Below, piece by piece: positions 7,219-11,800 of a stretch of DNA of 11,800 bases (position 1 is the first letter of the stretch; each line of letters opens with the position of its first letter). The position numbers and the translations under genes were made by a program. Below the pieces are notes generated by a model that had not been told where the DNA came from, did no database searches, and saw only the letters and a list, made by a program, of their open reading frames with translations. Source of the DNA: Nitrospinota bacterium (GTDB lineage: Bacteria > UBA8248); contig JAYGFR010000126.1 in the NCBI GenBank assembly GCA_046581755.1, positions 1 through 11,800 on the forward strand, read 5' to 3'.

Positions 7219-8388
7219 ATGGCGGATTATTTTGAGCGGGCGCTGGAGGCCCACGAGAAGGTCCGGGGAAAAATAGGCATCAACAAGAAAATGCCCGTCG
7301 AGACGCGAGACGATCTTTCTCTCGCCTATACGCCGGGGGTGGTGCGCCCCTGCGAGGTCATCGCGGCCGATCCCGCGCGCGCCTACGATCTGACCCTCAA
7401 GGGCAACAGCGTGGGCATCGTGACCGACGGCTCCTCGGTGCTGGGCCTGGGGAACATCGGCGGCCTCGCGGCGCTGCCCGTCATGGAGGGCAAGGCGCTG
7501 CTCTTCAAGGAATTCGCGGGGATCGACGCCTGGCCCATCTGCCTGGACACCCAGGAGACCGAGGCCATCATCGAGACCGTCCGGCGCATCGCGCCCGTCT
7601 TCGGGGGCATCAACCTCGAGGACATCGCCGCCCCGCGCTGTTTTGAGATCGAGGACCGGCTCCAGGACCTGGGCATCCCCGTCTTCCACGACGACCAGCA
7701 CGGCACCGCCATCGTCCTCCTCGCCGCGCTCATCAACGCCGAGCGCGTCACCGGCAAAAAGATGGGCGATATGCGGGTGATCATCAACGGGGCCGGCGCG
7801 GCCGGGACCGCCATCGCGAAGATGCTCCGCTGCGTGGGCCACGACCCGGACGTGTGCGTGCCCGTCAAGGACGTTATCATGTGCGACTCGAAAGGGGCGA
7901 TCCACGCCAAGCGCGAGGGGCTCTCGCCCGAAAAAGAGGCCCTCCTCGCCTATACGAACGGCGAAGGCCGGAGCGGATCGCTCGGCGAGGTGATCGAGGG
8001 CGTCGACGTTTTCATCGGCGTGAGCAGGGGAAACCTCCTCAGCGGAGACGATGTGCGCCGGATGGCGCCGGGGGCCGTCATCCTGGCGATGGCGAACCCG
8101 GTTCCCGAGATAATGCCCGAGGACGCACTCGCCGCGGGCGCGGCCATCGTCTGCACCGGGCGGAGCGATTTTCCGAACCAGGTCAACAACTCGCTGGCGT
8201 TCCCGGGCGTCTTCCGGGGGGCGCTGGACGTGCGGGCCCCGGCCATTACCTCGGCCATGAAAATCGCGGCGGCGCACGCCCTGGCCGATTCCGTCGAGTC
8301 GCCCTCGCCGGAAGAAGTCATCCCCCATCCGCTCGACCGGGCGGTGCCGAAAAATGTGGCGGCGGCGGTGCAAGCCGCGGCGGGGTAG
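7219..8388 (+). CDS. NAD(P)-dependent malic enzyme, short form without the PTA domain (probably NADP-preferring)
   Basis: Motifs LSLAYTPGV, VMEGKALLF, INLEDI, FHDDQHGTAIV, GAGAAG, CDSKG, MANPVPEI and TGRSDFPNQVNN. RBS AGGGGAG. Confidence 0.95.
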   Translation: MADYFERALEAHEKVRGKIGINKKMPVETRDDLSLAYTPGVVRPCEVIAADPARAYDLTLKGNSVGIVTDGSSVLGLGNIGGLAALPVMEGKALLFKEFAGIDAWPICLDTQETEAIIETVRRIAPVFGGINLEDIAAPRCFEIEDRLQDLGIPVFHDDQHGTAIVLLAALINAERVTGKKMGDMRVIINGAGAAGTAIAKMLRCVGHDPDVCVPVKDVIMCDSKGAIHAKREGLSPEKEALLAYTNGEGRSGSLGEVIEGVDVFIGVSRGNLLSGDDVRRMAPGAVILAMANPVPEIMPEDALAAGAAIVCTGRSDFPNQVNNSLAFPGVFRGALDVRAPAITSAMKIAAAHALADSVESPSPEEVIPHPLDRAVPKNVAAAVQAAAG

Positions 8389-8510
8389 GCGGGGGGTTGG
8401 CGAAAGCGCAGATGCGCTAAATTCTTCTGGGCAGGATTTTGGGAGCGGCATCCAGGTTCGGCGGAGGGGTTTGTTCGATTATTCGTCGGGGAAGAAGGAT
8501 GGCTGAACAG

Positions 8511-10718
8511 TTAATCAGCCCGGGTTTCTTTCACCGCAAGACGGTGCGCGCGCAAGACGGACTCCGTATAGCCATTGGGTAGATCAAGTCCGTTGGAGAC
8601 GATCTCCAGCGCCGCCCTGAATTCATCACCGGCATAATTTTCCGCCATCGGCGAATAATTTTCGTCATGGGCGTTCTGCCCGTCGACGACAGAGGCCATT
8701 TCCCTAAAAATTTCTCCGACTTGTTTCTCCGTAACGATGTCCCACTCCAGCCAATTCGCGATATGCTGGCTGGAGATGCGCAGGGTGGCCAGATCTTCCA
8801 TGAGATTCGTTCCCTCCAGATCCGGAACCTTCGAGCAGCCGATTCCCTGGCCGACCCAACGCGAAACATAGCCGAGTATGCCCTGGGCATTGTTCTTGAG
8901 TTCCGTCTGAATCTCTTGAGGAGTCAACTCCCGGTCGAGCAATGGGATGGTCAATATATCGTCGAGGCTCGCGCGGTCCCTGCCGGCCAGTTCTTTTTGC
9001 CTTTCCTCGACATCGACGTAATGATAATGCATGGCGTGTATCGTCGCGGCGCTGGGAGAGGGCACCCAGGCCGTGTTCGCCCCGGCCAGGGGATGCGCAA
9101 TTTTGGCTCCGTACATGGCCTTCATGTTATCCGGCATGACCCACATGCCCTTTCCGATTTGGGCACGGCCGGGCAGGCCGCACTCGATTCCGATATCCAC
9201 GTTCCAGTTTTCGTATGCCGTGAGCCATTTTTGCTGCTTGATCTCTTCTTTTCGCAGCATCGCACCCGCAAACATGTTGGTATGAATCTCATCCCCGGTC
9301 CGATCCAGGAAACCCGTGTTGATAAATACGATACGGTCCTCGGCCGCGCGGATGCACTCTTTCAGGTTGACGGTCGTTCTTCTTTCTTCATCCATGATTC
9401 CTATTTTTATCGTGTTTTTATCCAGATCCAGAGCCTTCTCGACATGACCGAAGAGTTCCACCGTCGCGGCCACTTCCTCCGGGCCGTGGAGCTTGGGTTT
9501 CACGAAATAAATGCTGCCGGTCTGGCTGTTGACGAACTCGCCGCTTCTTTTGAGATCGTGAACGGCAGCCAGCGATGTGACCATCGCATCGAGAAAACCC
9601 TCCGGTATCGATTTTTTATCTTCCGTGAGCACGGCATCGGTGTACAAATGAATGCCCACATTCCGGTTTAACAGCAAACTCCGGCCCGGCAGCGTGATTT
9701 CCCCGCCCTTTGGCGACATATACGTCCTGTCGGGGTTCAGCTCGCGAACCATCTCTTGACCGTTTTTTACAAAGGCCGCCTCAAGCGTTCCCTTCATGAT
9801 TTTGTTCCAGTTTCCGTAGGCGACTGCCTTATCGTCCGCATCCACCGACGAAACGGAATCCTCGAGGTCCTGGATGGTCGTGACGGCGGCCTCGAGCAAA
9901 ATTCCCTTCACCCCAGCCGAATCGTATCTTCCGGCCGTCTCATCCTCCCCGTTGATTTGAATCTCGATATGCATCCCGTTGTTTCTGAGCAAAACACCGG
10001 TCAGCTCGCCCCCGGCTTCATTGAAGCCCGCGAATTGAGACCGATCGGCCAGGTGCGTTTCCTCCTTGTCGCCTATCACCGCGACCAGATCCTTGTTCGC
10101 ATCCAGCTTGTACCGGGTCACAAGCGCATGAGACCCGGTTTCCAGCCCCACCACGTCATCGAGAAATTTTTTGGAATAAGCGATCACCCTCGCCCCGCGC
10201 CGGGGATTGTAGCCACTGGGCCCGTCCCCCCGTTTCCCGGCGCCCCGGTCCTCGGAGATCAGGTCAAACCCGTACAGCGCATCGTAAAGGCTCCCCCAAC
10301 GGGCATTCGCCGCGTTCGTCGCAAAGCGCTCAATCGTTAAGGGCACGACAAGCTGGGGGCCCGCCATCTCCGCAAGCTCCCGGTCCACATTCAGCGTGTT
10401 CACATTGAAATCGGGCCCCTCCGGAACCAGATAGCCAATTTCATACAGGAAGGATTTATATTCCTCCCTGCCGAAAGGTTCGCCGTCCCTCGCCTTGTGC
10501 CAGGCATCGATCTCTTTCTGCAGGCGATCTCTTTTATCGAGCAGCTTTCTGTTGTTCGGCTCCAGTTGAGTCACAATTTCGCCGAGAGAGCTCCAGAACG
10601 AATCCGGATTCGCGCCCGTTCCGGGCGCGATCTCATCCTTCACCAGGTCATATAACGGCCGGGCCACCTGCAACCCGCCAGTTTCGACATAATCAATTTC
10701 GACATAATCCGGACTCAT
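8511..10718 (-). CDS. glcB: Malate synthase G
   Basis: 735 aa. Motifs AGPQLVVP, NAANARWGSLYDALYG, RNVG (catalytic Arg), VKPKLHGPEE, GIMDEERRT, NTGFLDRTGDEIHT, AWVPSP and GCSKVPD...MED.ATLRISSQ (catalytic Asp). Confidence 0.96.
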   Translation of the reverse strand: MSPDYVEIDYVETGGLQVARPLYDLVKDEIAPGTGANPDSFWSSLGEIVTQLEPNNRKLLDKRDRLQKEIDAWHKARDGEPFGREEYKSFLYEIGYLVPEGPDFNVNTLNVDRELAEMAGPQLVVPLTIERFATNAANARWGSLYDALYGFDLISEDRGAGKRGDGPSGYNPRRGARVIAYSKKFLDDVVGLETGSHALVTRYKLDANKDLVAVIGDKEETHLADRSQFAGFNEAGGELTGVLLRNNGMHIEIQINGEDETAGRYDSAGVKGILLEAAVTTIQDLEDSVSSVDADDKAVAYGNWNKIMKGTLEAAFVKNGQEMVRELNPDRTYMSPKGGEITLPGRSLLLNRNVGIHLYTDAVLTEDKKSIPEGFLDAMVTSLAAVHDLKRSGEFVNSQTGSIYFVKPKLHGPEEVAATVELFGHVEKALDLDKNTIKIGIMDEERRTTVNLKECIRAAEDRIVFINTGFLDRTGDEIHTNMFAGAMLRKEEIKQQKWLTAYENWNVDIGIECGLPGRAQIGKGMWVMPDNMKAMYGAKIAHPLAGANTAWVPSPSAATIHAMHYHYVDVEERQKELAGRDRASLDDILTIPLLDRELTPQEIQTELKNNAQGILGYVSRWVGQGIGCSKVPDLEGTNLMEDLATLRISSQHIANWLEWDIVTEKQVGEIFREMASVVDGQNAHDENYSPMAENYAGDEFRAALEIVSNGLDLPNGYTESVLRAHRLAVKETRAD

Positions 10719-10983
10719 AACGTCCCGCTCTTTTTTTATGGTCGTTTGAAAATAATCCGGCTCGGCACCCTCCCGGGCGCAAGGACGAACAACACTTTCC
10801 TTGCTGTTCTTTTATCATCGGTTATTTGGAGAGATGTAGTCAAATCTGGGGGATGAGGTCTTATGGAAGGGTTGCCGGCAGCGGGTATAGGTGAGGGGGG
10901 GGAGGATTCATTTAAGCGGAAGGGAAGAGGGTTGGGTGGGCAGATAAATCGTTATTGAAGGAATTTAATTGTATTCTGCATTT

Positions 10984-11234
10984 TTAAGACATACCTAATA
11001 TTCTTTTGACGAATTGAGTTCTGGCATAAAAAGCGCGTGATGTACTACCATGCCCTTTGCCTTTAGTCCTTGGTTGAACCAGGACTCCCATTTTCCCAGT
11101 CAACGCAGAGAAACCCTTAGTGCGAATAACCTCCCTCACCAAGCCATAATCTGCTTTTACCTGTCGATATATATCCGGATCACGCAGGTCAAATTCAGAA
11201 ATCGCATGAAGAAGGGATTGATCATCCTCTTGGC
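10984..11234 (-). pseudogene. C-terminal remnant of a MutH/Sau3AI-like endonuclease gene, truncated at an IS end
   Basis: Manual translation of 11232->10984 gives 82 open codons: QEDDQSLLHAISEFDLRDPDIYRQVKADYGLVREVIRTKGFSALTGKMGVLVQPRTKGKGHGSTSRAFYARTQFVKRILGMS*. The 'D(Y/W)..I...G..LQ.R.K.....R(A/G)FY....F' pattern is typical of MutH/Sau3AI C-termini. Absent from the ORF track. Confidence 0.65.
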
Positions 11235-11375
11235 TGTTCAGCTAGCCTTCTTCCGTGACGATTTAACGAACTTCTCCACGGTGTCAAGCGGTCGCTTTCC
11301 CATGTTCCTATAGCCTTGCTGGGGGCGCTCGGTGTTGTAGAACCGAAGGTATTTATCCAGGTCCTTCTGGAGCCT
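11235..11375 (-). mobile_element. Truncated IS481-family element: right end plus transposase C-terminus
   Basis: Encodes LQKDLDKYLRFYNTERPQQGYRNMGKRPLD, the 'Y...YN.ERPHQG' integrase-core tail. The stop TGA lies inside a terminus ending ...GCTAGCTGAACA (TGT at 11235-11237 on +), consistent with IS481 5'-TGT...ACA-3' ends. No DDE core upstream. Confidence 0.8.
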
Positions 11376-11482
11376 GTGGGTGGTGAATTCTTCGGTCCAG
11401 AGCATGGCGCCGCGCTTGAGGGCGCGGGCGGGGATTTTCACTTTCTTTTTCGGGCCATTTTTTCCTTTCAAAGAGAGCGGCA

Positions 11483-11527
11483 GTGCGCGCAAAAGGGAAG
11501 TGCGCGCCAGTGAAAAATTGTGCGCGC
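11483..11527. repeat. Three direct copies of GTGCGCGC separated by A-rich spacers
   Basis: Copies at 11483-11490, 11500-11507 and 11520-11527. Confidence 0.5.
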
Positions 11528-11800
11528 GTTTCCCAGTTTCTGCTTGCCGATTGGGCGCTTGAGTGCTTGGCGCTTTAGCTGGCGGGTGCCGGTGGATTCT
11601 GGTTGATGGGGGCGGTTGCTGAATAATGCCGTCCCGTATTTTACGCACAAACCGGCCCGGGATGATATTCGTCCGGCGGGCCCGGTTGGATTTGACGGAC
11701 CCGGGGCATGGGAGGGGTGGATGGCCCTGGGCGATCTTTGCTTGGCAGTGTCCTCGGTAGTGATCCCGGCGGAATGCGGGCCGTATTATGGACGAAAGGG

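Noticed and set aside
7057..8451. 464-aa minus-strand ORF
   Set aside because: Antisense shadow of the malic enzyme gene.
11041..11060. TGTACTACC... as a second IS481 terminus
   Set aside because: It lies inside the continuous MutH-like reading frame (HGST codons) and matches the 11235 end poorly.
11238..11648. 136-aa ORF as an intact transposase
   Set aside because: Only the last ~45 residues are transposase-like and the DDE core is absent.

Overview
Bacterial genomic window with a GC-rich metabolic core between two AT-richer, decaying accessory flanks. The left flank holds the 3' part of a TPR + TylF/MycF-type SAM methyltransferase gene, an unannotated FGE-sulfatase (SUMF1-type) pseudogene fragment and a small membrane protein gene. 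The core has a minus-strand run (PLP class I/II aminotransferase, small Cys-rich lipoprotein, orphan GlnQ-type ABC ATPase) and a plus-strand run (two-His membrane protein, TVP38/DedA protein, MerA/RclA-like flavoprotein disulfide reductase, short malic enzyme) that converges on a divergent malate synthase G. The right flank holds an unannotated 82-codon C-terminal remnant of a MutH/Sau3AI-like endonuclease, cut exactly at the TGT terminus of a truncated IS481-family element. No rRNA, tRNA or CRISPR array was seen. The best candidate for an uncharacterised system is the membrane protein + DedA + disulfide reductase module with its structured upstream region; that function is inference only. All family calls come from motif recognition, not database searches.
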